64,000 nucleotides of DNA. Source: Eledone cirrhosa. Taxonomy: Eukaryota. The notes under the pieces are model-generated. The model ran no database searches and was not told the origin of the DNA. It saw only the letters and a list, made by a program, of their open reading frames with translations. Below, in pieces: positions 21,761 to 36,700 of this stretch. The stretch covers positions 256,680,001 to 256,744,000 of the forward strand of contig OZ024741.1 of NCBI GenBank assembly GCA_964016885.1, given 5' to 3'. Position numbers and translations under genes: made by a program. The first letter of the stretch is position 1, and each line of letters opens with the position of its first letter.

Positions 21761-24700
21761 CGAGTGTTTCGACTTGCGAGTGTTTCGACATACGAGTGTT
21801 TCGACTTACGAAAATAACAAATAGACGCGGTTTCAAATCTCTATGCTTTTCAAATTCATTACATTAATCTTTATTTATACGTTTCGCTTTACGAGTGTTT
21901 CGAGTTACGAGTGTTTCGACATACGAGTGATTCGGCTAACGAGTGTTTTGATTTACGAGTGTTTTGACTTACGGGTGCTTCGACTTACGCGTGTTTCGAC
22001 TTACGAGTGTTTCGACTTACGAGTGTTTCGACTTACGATTGTTTCGGCTTACGAGTGTTTCGACTTACGAGTGTTCTGACTACGAGTGTTCTGACTTACG
22101 GGTGTTCTGACTTACGAGTGTTCCGACTTACGAGTGTTTCGGCTTATGAGTGTTTCGACTTACAAGTGCTTCGACTTACGAGTGTTTCGGCTTACGGGTG
22201 TTTCGACTTACGAATGTTTTTGCTTACGAGTGTTTCGGCTTACGAGTGTTTCGGCTTATGAGTGTTTCGACTTACAAGTGTTTTGACTTACGGGTGTTTT
22301 GACATACGAGTGTTTCGATACGAGTGTTCTGACTTACGAGTGTTTCCGCTTACGAGTGTTTCGGCTTACGAGTGTTTCGACTTACTAATGTTTTTACTTA
22401 CGAGTGTTTCGGTGTACGAGTGTTTCGACTTAAGGATGTTTCGACTTACGAGTGTTTCGACTTACGAGTGTTTCGACTTACGAGTGTTTCGACTTACGAG
22501 TGTTTTGGCTTACGAATGTTTTGACATACGGGTGTTTCGACTTACGGGTGTTTCGGCTTACGAGTGTTTCGACTTATGAGTGTTCCGACTTACGAGTGTT
22601 TCGACTTACGAGTGTTCCGACTTACGAGTGTTTCAACTTACGAGTGTTTCGACTTACGAGCGTTTTGACTTACGAGTGTTTTGACTTACGGTGTTTCTGC
22701 TTACGAGTGTTTAGACTTACGAGGGTTAAGACTTACGGGTGTTTTGACATACGAGTGTTTCGACTTACGAGTGTTACGAGTGTTCTGACTTACGAGTGTT
22801 TCGACTTACGAGTGTTCTGACCTACGAGTGTTCTGACTTACGAGTGTTTCGACTTACGGTGTTTCGGCTTACGAGTGTTTCGACTTACGAGTGTTCTGAC
22901 TTACGAGTGTTCTGACTTACGAGTGTTCCGACTTACGAGTGTTTCGGCTTACGAGTGTTTCGGCTTACGAGTGTTTCGACTTACGAGTGTTTCGACTTAC
23001 GAGTGTTTCGACTTACGAGTGTTTCGACTTACGAGTGTTTTGACTTACGGTGTTTCGGCTTACGAGTGTTTCGACTTACGAGTGTTTTGACTTACTGGTG
23101 TTTTGACATACGAGTGTTTCGATACGAGTGTTTCGACTTACGAGTGTTCTGACTTACGAGTGTTCTGACTTACGAGTGTTCTAACTTACGAGTGTTCTGA
23201 CTTACGAGTGTTCTGACTTACGAGTGTTCCGACTTACGAGTGTTTCGGCTCACCAGTGTTTCGGCTTACGAGTGTTTCGACTTACGAAAATAACAAATAG
23301 ACGCGGTTTCAAATCTCTATGCTTTTCATATTCATTACATTAATCTTTATTTATACGTTTCGCCTTACGAGTGTTTCGACTTACGAGTGTTTCGACTTAC
23401 GAGTGTTTCGGCTTACGAGTGTTTCGACTTACGAGTGTTTTGACTTACGGGTGTTTTGACATACGAGTGTTTCGATACGAGTGTTCTGACTTACGAGTGT
23501 TCTGACTTACGAGTGTTCTGACTTACGAGTGTTCTGACTTACGAGTGTTCTGACTTACGAGTGTTCTGACTTACGAGTGTTCCGATTTACGAGTGTTTCG
23601 GCTTATGAGTGTTTCGACTTACGAATGTTTTTGCTTACGGGTGTTTCGACTTACGAATGTTTTTGCTTACGAGTGTTTCGGCTTACGAGTGTTTCGACTT
23701 ACGAGTGTTTCGGCTTACGAGTGTTTTGACTTACGAATGTTCTGACTACGAGTGTTCTGACTTACGAGTGTTTCGGCTTATGAGTGTTTCGGCTTACGAG
23801 TGTTTCGACATACGGGTGTTTCGACTTACGGTGTTTCGGCTTACGAGTGTTTCGACTTACGAGTGTTCTGACTTACGAGTGTTCTGACTTACGAGTGTTC
23901 TGACTTACGAGTGTTCCGACTTACGAGTGTTTCGTCTTACGAGTGTTTCGGCTTACGAGTGTTTCGGCTTACGAGTGTTTTGACTTACGAGTGTTTTGAC
24001 TTACGGTGTTTCGGCTTACGAGTGTTTCGACTTACGAGTGTTTCGACTTACAAGTGTTTTGACTTACGGTGTTTCGGCTTACGAGTGTTTCGACTTACGA
24101 GTGTTTTGACTTACTGGTGTTTTGACATACGAGTGTTTCGATACGAGAGTTTCGACTTACGAGTGTTCTGACTTACGAGTGTTCTGACTTACGAGTGTTC
24201 TGACTGACGAGTGTTCTAACTTACGAGTGTTCTGACTTACGAGTGTTCTGACTTACGAGTGTTCCGACTTACGAGTGTTTCGGCTCACCAGTGTTTCGGC
24301 TTACGAGTGTTTCGACTTACGAAAATAACAAATAGACGCGGTTTCAAATCTCTATACTTTTCAAATTCATTACATTAATCTTTATTTATACGTTTCGCTT
24401 TACGAGTGTTTCGACTTACGAGTGTTTCGACTTACGAGTGTTTCGGCTTACGATTGTTTTGACTTACGAGTGTTTTGACTTACGGGTGTTTCGGCCTACG
24501 AGTGTTTCGACTTACGAGTGTTCTGACTTACGAGTGTTCTGACTTACGAGCGTTCCGACTTACGAGTGTTTCGGCTTACGAGTGTTCCGACTTACGAGTG
24601 TTTCGACTTACGAGTGTTTCGACTTACGAGCGTTTTGACTTACGAGTGTTTTGACTTACGGTGTTTCTGCTTACGAGTGTTTCGACTTACGAGGGTTAAG

Positions 24701-27700
24701 ACTTACGGGTGTTTTGACATACGAGTGTTTCGACTTACGAGTGTTACCAGTGTTCTGACTTACGAGTGTTTCGACTTACGAGTGTTCTGACCTACGAGTG
24801 TTCTGACTTACGAGTGTTTCGACTTACGAGTGTTTTGACTTACGGGTGTTTCGACTTACGAGTGTTTCGACTTACGAGTGTTTCGAGTTACGGGTGTTTC
24901 GATTTACGAGTGTTTTGACTTACGAGTGTTAAGACTTACGGGTGTTTTGACATACGAGTGTTTCGATACGAGTGTTTCGACTTACGAGTGTTTTGACTTA
25001 CGGGTGTTTTGACATACGAGTGTTTCGAAACGAGTGTTTCGACTACGAGTGTTTCGACTTACGAGTGTTTCGGCTTACGAGTGTTTCGACATACGGGTGT
25101 TTCGATTTACGGTGTTTCGGCTTACGAGTGTTTCGACTTACGAATGTTCTGACTTACGAGTGTTCTGACTTACGAGTGTTCTGACTTACCAGTGTTCTGA
25201 CTTACGATTGTTCCGACTTACGAGTGTTTCGGCTTACGAGTGTTTCGGCTTACGAGTGTTTCGACTTACGAGTGTTTCGATTTACGAGTGTTTCGACTTA
25301 CGAGTGTTTTGACTTACGGTGTTTCGGCTTACGAGTGTTTCGACTTACGAGTGTTTTGACTTACTGGTGTTTTGACATACGAGGGTTTCGATACGAGTGT
25401 TTCGACTTACGAGTGTTCTGACTTACGAGTGTTCTGACTTACGAGTGTTCTGACTTACGAGTGTTCCGACTTACGAGTGTTTCGGCTCACCAGTGTTTCG
25501 GCTTACGAGTGTTTCGACTTACGAAAATAACAAATAGACGCGGTTTCAAATCTCTATACTTTTCAAATTCATTACATTAATCTTTATTTATACGTTTCGC
25601 TTTACGAGTGTTTCGACTTACGAGTGTTTCGACTTACGAGTGTTTCGGCTTACGATTGTTTTGACTTACGAGTGTTTTGACTTACGGGTGTTTCGGCCTA
25701 CGAGTGTTTCGACTTACGAGTGTTCTGACTTACGAGTGTTCTGACTTACGAGCGTTCCGACTTACGAGTGTTTCGGCTTACGAGTGTTCCGACTTACGAG
25801 TGTTTCGACTTACGAGTGTTTCGACTTACGAGCGTTTTGACTTACGAGTGTTTTGACTTACGGTGTTTCTGCTTACGAGTGTTTCGACTTACGAGGGTTA
25901 AGACTTACGGGTGTTTTGACATACGAGTGTTTCGACTTACGAGTGTTACCAGTGTTCTGACTTACGAGTGTTTCGACTTACGAGTGTTCTGACCTACGAG
26001 TGTTCTGACTTACGAGTGTTTCGACTTACGAGTGTTTTGACTTACGGGTGTTTCGACTTACGAGTGTTTCGACTTACGAGTGTTTCGAGTTACGGGTGTT
26101 TCGACTTACGAGTGTTTTGACTTACGAGTGTTAAGACTTACGGGTGTTTTGACATACGAGTGTTTCGATACGAGTGTTTCGACTTACGAGTGTTTTGACT
26201 TACGGGTGTTTTGACATACGAGTGTTTCGAAACGAGTGTTTCGACTACGAGTGTTTCGACTTACGAGTGTTTCGGCTTACGAGTGTTTCGACATACGGGT
26301 GTTTCGATTTACGGTGTTTCGGCTTACGAGTGTTTCGACTTACGAATGTTCTGACTTACGAGTGTTCTGACTTACGAGTGTTCTGACTTACGAGTGTTCT
26401 GACTTACGATTGTTCCGACTTACGAGTGTTTCGGCTTACGAGTGTTTCGGCTTACGAGTGTTTCGACTTACGAGTGTTTCGATTTACGAGTGTTTCGACT
26501 TACGAGTGCTTTGACTTACGGTGTTTCGGCTTACGAGTGTTTCGACTTACGAGTGATTTGACTTACTGGTGTTTTGACATACGAGGGTTTCGATACGAGT
26601 GTTTCGACTTACGAGTGTTTTAACTTACGGTTGTTTCGAATTACGCGTGTTTCGACTACGAATGTTCCGACTTACGAGTGTTTCGACTTACGAGTGTTTC
26701 GACTTACGAGTGTTTTGACTTACGGGTGTTTCGACTTACGAGTGTTTCGACTTACGAGTGTTTCGGCTTACGAGTGTTTCGACTTAAGAGTGTTCTGACT
26801 TACGAGTGTTTCGACTTACGAGCGTTCCGACTTACGAGTGTTTCGGCTTACGAGTGTTCCGACTTACGAGTGTTTCGACTTACGAGTGTTTCGACTTACG
26901 AGCGTTTTGTCTTACGAGTGTTTTGACTTACGGTGTTTCTGCTTACGAGTGTTTCGACTTACGTGTGTTAAGACTTACGGGTGTTTTGACATACGAGTGT
27001 TTCGACTTACGAGTGTTACGAGTGTTCTGACTTACGAGTGTTTCGACTTACGAGTGTTCTGACCTACGAGTGTTCTGACTTACGAGTGTTTCGACTTACG
27101 AGTGTTTTGACTTACGGGTGTTTCGACTTACGAGTGTTTCGACTTACGAGTGTTTCGAGTTACGGGTGTTTCGACTTACGAGTGTTTTGACTTACGAGTG
27201 TTACGACTTACGGGTGTTTTGACATACGAGTGTTTCGATACGAGTGTTTCGACTTACGAGTGTTTTGACTTACGGGTGTTTTGACATACGAGTGTTTCGA
27301 TACGAGTGTTTCGAGTACGAGTGTTTCGACTTACGAGTGTTTCGGCTTACGAGTGTTTCGACATACGGGTGTTTCGATTTACGGTGTTTCGGCTTACGAG
27401 TGTTTCGACTTACGAATGTTCTGACTTACGAGTGTTCTGACTTACGAGTGTTCTGACTTACGAGTGTTCTGTCTTACGATTGTTCCGACTTACGAGTGTT
27501 TCGGCTTACGAGTGTTTCGGCTTACGAGTGTTTCGACTTACGAGTGTTTCGATTTACGAGTGTTTCGACTTACGAGTGCTTTGACTTACGGTGTTTCGGC
27601 TTACGAGTGTTTCGACTTACGAGTGTTTTGACTTACTGGTGTTTTGACATACGAGTGTTTCGATACGAGTGTTTCGACTTACGAGTGTTCTGACTTACGA

Positions 27701-30700
27701 GTGTTCTGACTTACGAGTGTTCTGACTTACGAGTGTTCTAACTTACGAGTGTTCTGACTTACGAGTGTTCTGACTTACGAGTGTTCCGACTTACGAGTGT
27801 TTCGGCTCACCAGTGTTTCGGCTTACGAGTGTTTCGACTTACGAAAATAACAAATAGACGCGGTTTCAAATCTCTATGCTTTTCAAATTCATTACATTAA
27901 TCTTTATCTATACGTTTCGCTTTACGAGTGTTTCGACTTACGAGTGTTTCGACTTACGAGTGTTTCGGCTTACGATTGTTTTGACTTACGAGTGTTTTGA
28001 CTTACGGGTGTTTCGGCTTACGAGTGTTTCGACTTACGAGTGTTCTGACTTACGAGTGTTCTGACTTACGAGTGTTTCGGCTTACGAGTGTTTCGACTTA
28101 CGAGTGTTGTGACTTACGAGTGTTTCGACTTACGAGCGTTCCGACTTACGAGTGTTTCGGCTTACGAATGTTCCGACTTACGAGTGTTTCGACTTACGAG
28201 TGTTTCGACTTACGAGCGTTTTGACTTACGAGTGTTTTGACTTACGGTGTTTCTGCTTACGAGTGTTTCGACTTACGAGGGTTAAGACTTACGGGTGTTT
28301 TGACATACGAGTGTTTCCACTTACGAGTGTTACCAGTGTTCTGACTTACGAGTGTTTCGACTTACGAGTGTTCTGACCTACGAGTGTTCTGACTTACGAG
28401 TGTTTCGACTTACGAGTGTTTTGACTTACGGGTGTTTCGACTTACGAGTGTTTCGACTTACGAGTGTTTCGAGTTACGGGTGTTTCGACTTACGAGTGTT
28501 TTGACTTACGAGTGTTAAGACTTACGGGTGTTTTGACATACGAGTGTTTCGATACGAGTGTTTCGACTTACGAGTGTTTTGACTTACGGGTGTTTTGACA
28601 TACGAGTGTTTCGAAACGAGTGTTTCGACTACGAGTGTTTCGACTTACGAGTGTTTCGGCTTACGAGTGTTTCGACATACGGGTGTTTCGATTTACGGTG
28701 TTTCGGCTTACGAGTGTTTCGACTTACGAATGTTCTGACTTACGAGTGTTCTGACTTACGAGTGTTCTGACTTACCAGTGTTCTGACTTACGATTGTTCC
28801 GACTTACGAGTGTTTCGGCTTACGACTGTTTCGGCTTACGAGTGTTTCGACTTACGAGTGTTTCGATTTACGAGTGTTTCGACTTACGAGTGTTTTGACT
28901 TACGGTGTTTCGGCTTACGAGTGTTTCGACTTACGAGTGTTTTGACTTACTGGTGTTTTGACATACGAGGGTTTCGATACGAGTGTTTCGACTTACGAGT
29001 GTTCTGACTTACGAGTGTTCTGACTTACGAGTGTTCTGACTTACGAGTGTTCCGACTTACGAGTGTTTCGGCTCACCAGTGTTTCGGCTTACGAGTGTTT
29101 CGACTTACGAAAATAACAAATAGACGCGGTTTCAAATCTCTATACTTTTCAAATTCATTACATTAATCTTTATTTATACGTTTCGCTTTACGAGTGTTTC
29201 GACTTACGAGTGTTTCGACTTACGAGTGTTTCGGCTTACGATTGTTTTGACTTACGAGTGTTTTGACTTACGGGTGTTTCGGCCTACGAGTGTTTCGACT
29301 TACGAGTGTTCTGACTTACGAGTGTTCTGACTTACGAGCGTTCCGACTTACGAGTGTTTCGGCTTACGAGTGTTCCGACTTACGAGTGTTTCGACTTACG
29401 AGTGTTTCGACTTACGAGCGTTTTGACTTACGAGTGTTTTGACTTACGGTGTTTCTGCTTACGAGTGTTTCGACTTACGAGGGTTAAGACTTACGGGTGT
29501 TTTGACATACGAGTGTTTCGACTTACGAGTGTTACCAGTGTTCTGACTTACGAGTGTTTCGACTTACGAGTGTTTTGACTTACGGGTGTTTCGACTTACG
29601 AGTGTTTCGACTTACGAGTGTTTCGAGTTACGGGTGTTTCGATTTACGAGTGTTTTGACTTACGAGTGTTAAGACTTACGGGTGTTTTGACATACGAGTG
29701 TTTCGATACGAGTGTTTCGACTTACGAGTGTTTTGACTTACGGGTGTTTTGACATACGAGTGTTTCGAAACGAGTGTTTCGACTACGAGTGTTTCGACTT
29801 ACGAGTGTTTCGGCTTACGAGTGTTTCGACATACGGGTGTTTCGATTTACGGTGTTTCGGCTTACGAGTGTTTCGACTTACGAATGTTCTGACTTACGAG
29901 TGTTCTGACTTACGAGTGTTCTGACTTACGAGTGTTCTGACTTACGATTGTTCCGACTTACGAGTGTTTCGGCTTACGAGTGTTTCGGCTTACGAGTGTT
30001 TCGACTTACGAGTGTTTCGATTTACGAGTGTTTCGACTTACGAGTGCTTTGACTTACGGTGTTTCGGCTTACGAGTGTTTCGACTTACGAGTGATTTGAC
30101 TTACTGGTGTTTTGACGTACGAGGGTTTCGATACGAGTGTTTCGACTTACGAGTGTTTTAACTTACGGTTGTTTCGAATTACGCGTGTTTCGACTACGAA
30201 TGTTCCGACTTACGAGTGTTTCGACTTACGAGTGTTTCGACTTACGAGTGTTTTGACTTACGGGTGTTTCGACTTACGAGTGTTTCGACTTACGAGTGTT
30301 TCGGCTTACGAGTGTTTCGACTTAAGAGTGTTCTGACTTACGAGTGTTTCGACTTACGAGCGTTCCGACTTACGAGTGTTTCGGCTTACGAGTGTTCCGA
30401 CTTACGAGTGTTTCGACTTACGAGTGTTTCGACTTACGAGCGTTTTGTCTTACGAGTGTTTTGACTTACGGTGTTTCTGCTTACGAGTGTTTCGACTTAC
30501 GAGTGTTAAGACTTACGGGTGTTTTGACATACGAGTGTTTCGACTTACGAGTGTTACGAGTGTTCTGACTTACGAGTGTTTCGACTTACGAGTGTTCTGA
30601 CCTACGAGTGTTCTGACTTACGAGTGTTTCGACTTACGAGTGTTTTGACTTACGGGTGTTTCGACTTACGAGTGTTTCGACTTACGAGTGTTTCGAGTTA

Positions 30701-33700
30701 CGGGTGTTTCGACTTACGAGTGTTTTGACTTACGAGTGTTACGACTTACGGGTGTTTTGACATACGAGTGTTTCGATACGAGTGTTTCGACTTACGAGTG
30801 TTTTGACTTACGGGTGTTTTGACATACGAGTGTTTCGATACGAGTGTTTCGAGTACGAGTGTTTCGACTTACGAGTGTTTCGGCTTACGAGTGTTTCGAC
30901 ATACGGGTGTTTCGATTTACGGTGTTTCGGCTTACGAGTGTTTCGACTTACGAATGTTCTGACTTACGAGTGTTCTGACTTACGAGTGTTCTGACTTACG
31001 AGTGTTCTGTCTTACGATTGTTCCGACTTACGAGTGTTTCGGCTTACGAGTGTTTCGGCTTACGAGTGTTTCGACTTACGAGTGTTTCGATTTACGAGTG
31101 TTTCGACTTACGAGTGTTTTGACTTACGGTGTTTCGGCTTACGAGTGTTTCGACTTACGAGTGTTTTGACTTACTGGTGTTTTGACATACGAGGGTTTCG
31201 ATACGAGTGTTTCGACTTACGAGTGTTCTGACTTACGAGTGTTCTGACTTACGAGTGTTCTGACTTACGAGTGTTCCGACTTACGAGTGTTTCGGCTCAC
31301 CAGTGTTTCGGCTTACGAGTGTTTCGACTTACGAAAATAACAAATAGACGCGGTTTCAAATCTCTATACTTTTCAAATTCATTACATTAATCTTTATTTA
31401 TACGTTTCGCTTTACGAGTGTTTCGACTTACGAGTGTTTCGACTTACGAGTGTTTCGGCTTACGATTGTTTTGACTTACGAGTGTTTTGACTTACGGGTG
31501 TTTCGGCCTACGAGTGTTTCGACTTACGAGTGTTCTGACTTACGAGTGTTCTGACTTACGAGCGTTCCGACTTACGAGTGTTTCGGCTTACGAGTGTTCC
31601 GACTTACGAGTGTTTCGACTTACGAGTGTTTCGACTTACGAGCGTTTTGACTTACGAGTGTTTTGACTTACGGTGTTTCTGCTTACGAGTGTTTCGACTT
31701 ACGAGGGTTAAGACTTACGGGTGTTTTGACATACGAGTGTTTCGACTTACGAGTGTTACCAGTGTTCTGACTTACGAGTGTTTCGACTTACGAGTGTTCT
31801 GACCTACGAGTGTTCTGACTTACGAGTGTTTCGACTTACGAGTGTTTTGACTTACGGGTGTTTCGACTTACGAGTGTTTCGACTTACGAGTGTTTCGAGT
31901 TAAGGGTGTTTCGACTTACGAGTGTTTTGACTTACGAGTGTTAAGACTTACGGGTGTTTTGACATACGAGTGTTTCGATACGAGTGTTTCGACTTACGAG
32001 TGTTTTGACTTACGGGTGTTTTGACATACGAGTGTTTCGAAACGAGTGTTTCGACTACGAGTGTTTCGACTTACGAGTGTTTCGGCTTACGAGTGTTTCG
32101 ACATACGGGTGTTTCGATTTACGGTGTTTCGGCTTACGAGTGTTTCGACTTACGAATGTTCTGACTTACGAGTGTTCTGACTTACGAGTGTTCTGACTTA
32201 CGAGTGTTCTGACTTACGATTGTTCCGACTTACGAGTGTTTCGGCTTACGAGTGTTTCGGCTTACGAGTGTTTCGACTTACGAGTGTTTCGATTTACGAG
32301 TGTTTCGACTTACGAGTGTTTTGACTTACGGTGTTTCGGCTTACGAGTGTTTCGACTTACGAGTGTTTTGACTTACTGGTGTTTTGACATACGAGGGTTT
32401 CGATACGAGTGTTTCGACTTACGAGTGTTCTGACTTACGAGTGTTCTGACTTACGAGTGTTCTGACTGACGAGTGTTCTAACTTACGAGTGTTCTGACTT
32501 ACGAGTGTTCTGACTTACGAGTGTTCCGACTTACGAGTGTTTCGGCTCACCAGTGTTTCGGCTTACGAGTGTTTCGACTTACGAAAATAACAAATAGACG
32601 CGGTTTCAAATCTCTATACTTTTCAAATTCACTACATTAATCTTTATTTATACGTTTCGCTTTACGAGTGTTTCGACTTACGAGTGTTTCGACTTACGAG
32701 TGTTTCGGCTTACGATTGTTTTGACTTACGAGTGTTTTGACTTACGGGTGTTTCGGCCTACGAGTGTTTCGACTTACGAGTGTTCTGACTTACGAGTGTT
32801 CTGACTTACGAGCGTTCCGACTTACGAGTGTTTCGGCTTACGAGTGTTCCGACTTACGAGTGTTTCGACTTACGAGTGTTTCGACTTACGAGCGTTTTGA
32901 CTTACGAGTGTTTTGACTTACGGTGTTTCTGCTTACGAGTGTTTCGACTTACGAGGGTTAAGACTTACGGGTGTTTTGACATACGAGTGTTTCGACTTAC
33001 GAGTGTTACCAGTGTTCTGACTTACGAGTGTTTCGACTTACGAGTGTTCTGACCTATGAGTGTTCTGACTTACGAGTGTTTCGACTTACGAGTGTTTTGA
33101 CTTACGGGTGTTTCGACTTACGAGTGTTTAGACTTACGAGTGTTTCGAGTTACGGGTGTTTCGACTTACGAGTGTTTTGACTTACGAGTGTTAAGACTTA
33201 CGGGTGTTTTGACATACGAGTGTTTCGATACGAGTGTTTCGACTTACGAGTGTTTTGACTTACGGGTGTTTTGACATACGAGTGTTTCGAAACGAGTGTT
33301 TCGATTACGAGTGTTTCGACTTACGAGTGTTTCGGCTTACGAGTGTTTCGACATACGGGTGTTTCGATTTACGGTGTTTCGGCTTACGAGTGTTTCGACT
33401 TACGAATGTTCTGACTTACGAGTGTTCTGACTTACGAGTGTTCTGACTTACGAGTGTTCTGACTTACGATTGTTCCGACTTACGAGTGTTTCGGCTTACG
33501 AGTGTTTCGGCTTACGAGTGTTTCGACTTACGAGTGTTTCGATTTACGAGTGTTTCGACTTACGAGTGCTTTGACTTACGGTGTTTCGGCTTACGAGTGT
33601 TTCGACTTACGAGTGATTTGACTTACTGGTGTTTTGACATACGAGGGTTTCGATACGAGTGTTTCGACTTACGAGTGTTTTAACTTACGGTTGTTTCGAA

Positions 33701-36700
33701 TTACGCGTGTTTCGACTACGAATGTTCCGACTTACGAGTGTTTCGACTTACGAGTGTTTCGACTTACGAGTGCTTTGACTTACGAATGTTTTGACTTACT
33801 TCGACTTACGAGTGATCTGACTTACGAGTGTTCCTACTTACGAGTGTTTCGACTTACGAGTGTTTCGACTTGCGAGTGTTTCGACATACGAGTGTTTCGA
33901 CTTACGAAAATAACAAATAGACGCGGTTTCAAATCTCTATGCTTTTCAAATTCATTACATTAATCTTTATTTATACGTTTCGCTTTACGAGTGTTTCGAG
34001 TTACGAGTGTTTCGACATACGAGTGATTCGGCTAACGAGTGTTTTGATTTACGAGTGTTTTGACTTACGGGTGCTTCGACTTACGCGTGTTTCGACTTAC
34101 GAGTGTTTCGACTTACGAGTGTTTCGACTTACGATTGTTTCGGCTTACGAATGTTTCGACTTACGAGTGTTCTGACTACGAGTGTTCTGACTTACGGGTG
34201 TTCTGACTTACGAGTGTTCCGACTTACGAGTGTTTCGGCTTATGAGTGTTTCGACTTACAAGTGCTTCGACTTACGAGTGTTTCGGCTTACGGGTGTTTC
34301 GACTTACGAATGTTTTTGCTTACGAGTGTTTCGGCTTACGAGTGTTTCGGCTTATGAGTGTTTCGACTTACAAGTGTTTTGACTTACGGGTGTTTTGACA
34401 TACGAGTGTTTCGATACGAGTGTTCTGACTTACGAGTGTTTCCGCTTACGAGTGTTTCGGCTTACGAGTGTTTCGACTTACTAATGTTTTTACTTACGAG
34501 TGTTTCGGTGTACGAGTGTTTCGACTTAAGGATGTTTCGACTTACGAGTGTTTCGACTTACGAGTGTTTCGACTTACGAGTGTTTCGACTTACGAGTGTT
34601 TTGGCTTACGAATGTTTTGACATACGGGTGTTTCGACTTACGGGTGTTTCGGCTTACGAGTGTTTCGACTTATGAGTGTTCCGACTTACGAGTGTTTCGA
34701 CTTACGAGTGTTCTGACTACGAGTGTTCTGACTTACGTGTGCTCTGACTTACGAGTGTTTCGACTTACGAGTGTTCCGACTTACGAGTGTTTCGACTTAC
34801 GAGTGTTTCGACTTACTAGCGTTTTGACTTACGAGTGTTTTGACTTACGGTGTTTCTGCTTACGAGTGTTTAGACTTACGAGGGTTAAGACTTACGGGTG
34901 TTTTGACATACGAGTGTTTCGACTTACGAGTGTTACGAGTGTTCTGACTTACGAGTGTTTCGACTTACGAGTGTTCTGACCTACGAGTGTTCTGACTTAC
35001 GAGTGTTTCGACTTACGAGTGTTTCGACTTATGAGTGTTCCGACTTACGAGTGTTTCGACTTACGAGTGTTCTGACTACGAGTGTTCTGACTTACGGGTG
35101 CTCTGACTTACGAGTGTTTCGACTTACGAGTGTTTCGACTTATGAGTGTTTCGGCTTACGAGTGTTTTGACTTACGAGTGTTCTGACTACGAGTGTTCTG
35201 ACTTACGAGTGTTTCGGCTTATGAGTGTTTCGACTTACGAGTGTTTCGGCTTATGAGTGTTTCGACTTACGAGTGTTTCGGCTTACGAGTGTTTCGACTT
35301 ACGAGTGTTTCGACTTACGAGTGTTTCAACTTACGAGTGTTTCGACTTACGAGTGTTTCGACTTACGGGTGTTTCGACTTACGAGTGTTTCGACTACGAG
35401 TGTTTCGACTTACGAGTGTTTCGGCTTACGAGTGTTTCGACATACGGGTGTTTCGACTTACGGTGTTTCGGCTTACGAGTGTTTCGACTTACGAGTGTTC
35501 TGACTTACGAGTGTTCTGACTTACGAGTGTTCCGACTTACGAGTGTTTCGGCTTACGAGTGTTTCGGCTTACGAGTGTTTCGACTTACGAGTGTTTCGAC
35601 TTACGAGTGTTTCGACTTACGAGTGTTTTGACTTACGGTGTTTCGGCTTACGAGTGTTTCGACTTACGAGTGTTTTGACTTACTGGTGTTTTGACATACG
35701 AGTGTTTCGATACGAGTGTTTCGACTTACGAGTGTTCTGACTTACGAGTGTTCTGACTTACGAGTGTTCTAACTTACGAGTGTTCTGACTTACGAGTGTT
35801 CTGACTTACGAGTGTTCCGACTTACGAGTGTTTCGGCTCACCAGTGTTTCGGCTTACGAGTGTTTCGACTTACGAAAATAACAAATAGACGCGGTTTCAA
35901 ATCTCTATGCTTTTCATATTCATTACATTAATCTTTATTTATACGTTTCGCCTTACGAGTGTTTCGACTTACGAGTGTTTCGACTTACGAGTGTTTCGGC
36001 TTACGAGTGTTTCGACTTACGAGTGTTTTGACTTACGGGTGTTTTGACATACGAGTGTTTCGATACGAGTGTTCTGACTTACGAGTGTTCTGACTTACGA
36101 GTGTTCTGACTTACGAGTGTTCTGACTTACGAGTGTTCCGATTTACGAGTGTTTCGGCTTATGAGTGTTTCGACTTACGAATGTTTTTGCTTACGGGTGT
36201 TTCGACTTACGAATGTTTTTGCTTACGAGTGTTTCGGCTTACGAGTGTTTCGACTTACGAGTGTTTCGGCTTACGAGTGTTTTGACTTACGAATGTTCTG
36301 ACTACGAGTGTTCTGACTTACGAGTGTTTCGGCTTATGAGTGTTTCGGCTTACGAGTGTTTCGACATACGGGTGTTTCGACTTACGGTGTTTCGGCTTAC
36401 GAGTGTTTCGACTTACGAGTGTTCTGACTTACGAGTGTTCTGACTTACGAGTGTTCTGACTTACAAGTGTTCCGACTTACGAGTGTTTCGGCTTACGAGT
36501 GTTTCGGCTTACGAGTGTTTCGGCTTACGAGTGTTTCGACTTACGAGTGTTTCGACTTACGAGTGTTTCGACTTACGAGTGTTTTGACTTACGGTGTTTC
36601 GGCTTACGAGTGTTTCGACTTACGAGTGTTTTGACTTACTGGTGTTTTGACATACGAGTGTTTCGATACGAGTGTTTCGACTTACGAGTGTTCTGACTTA

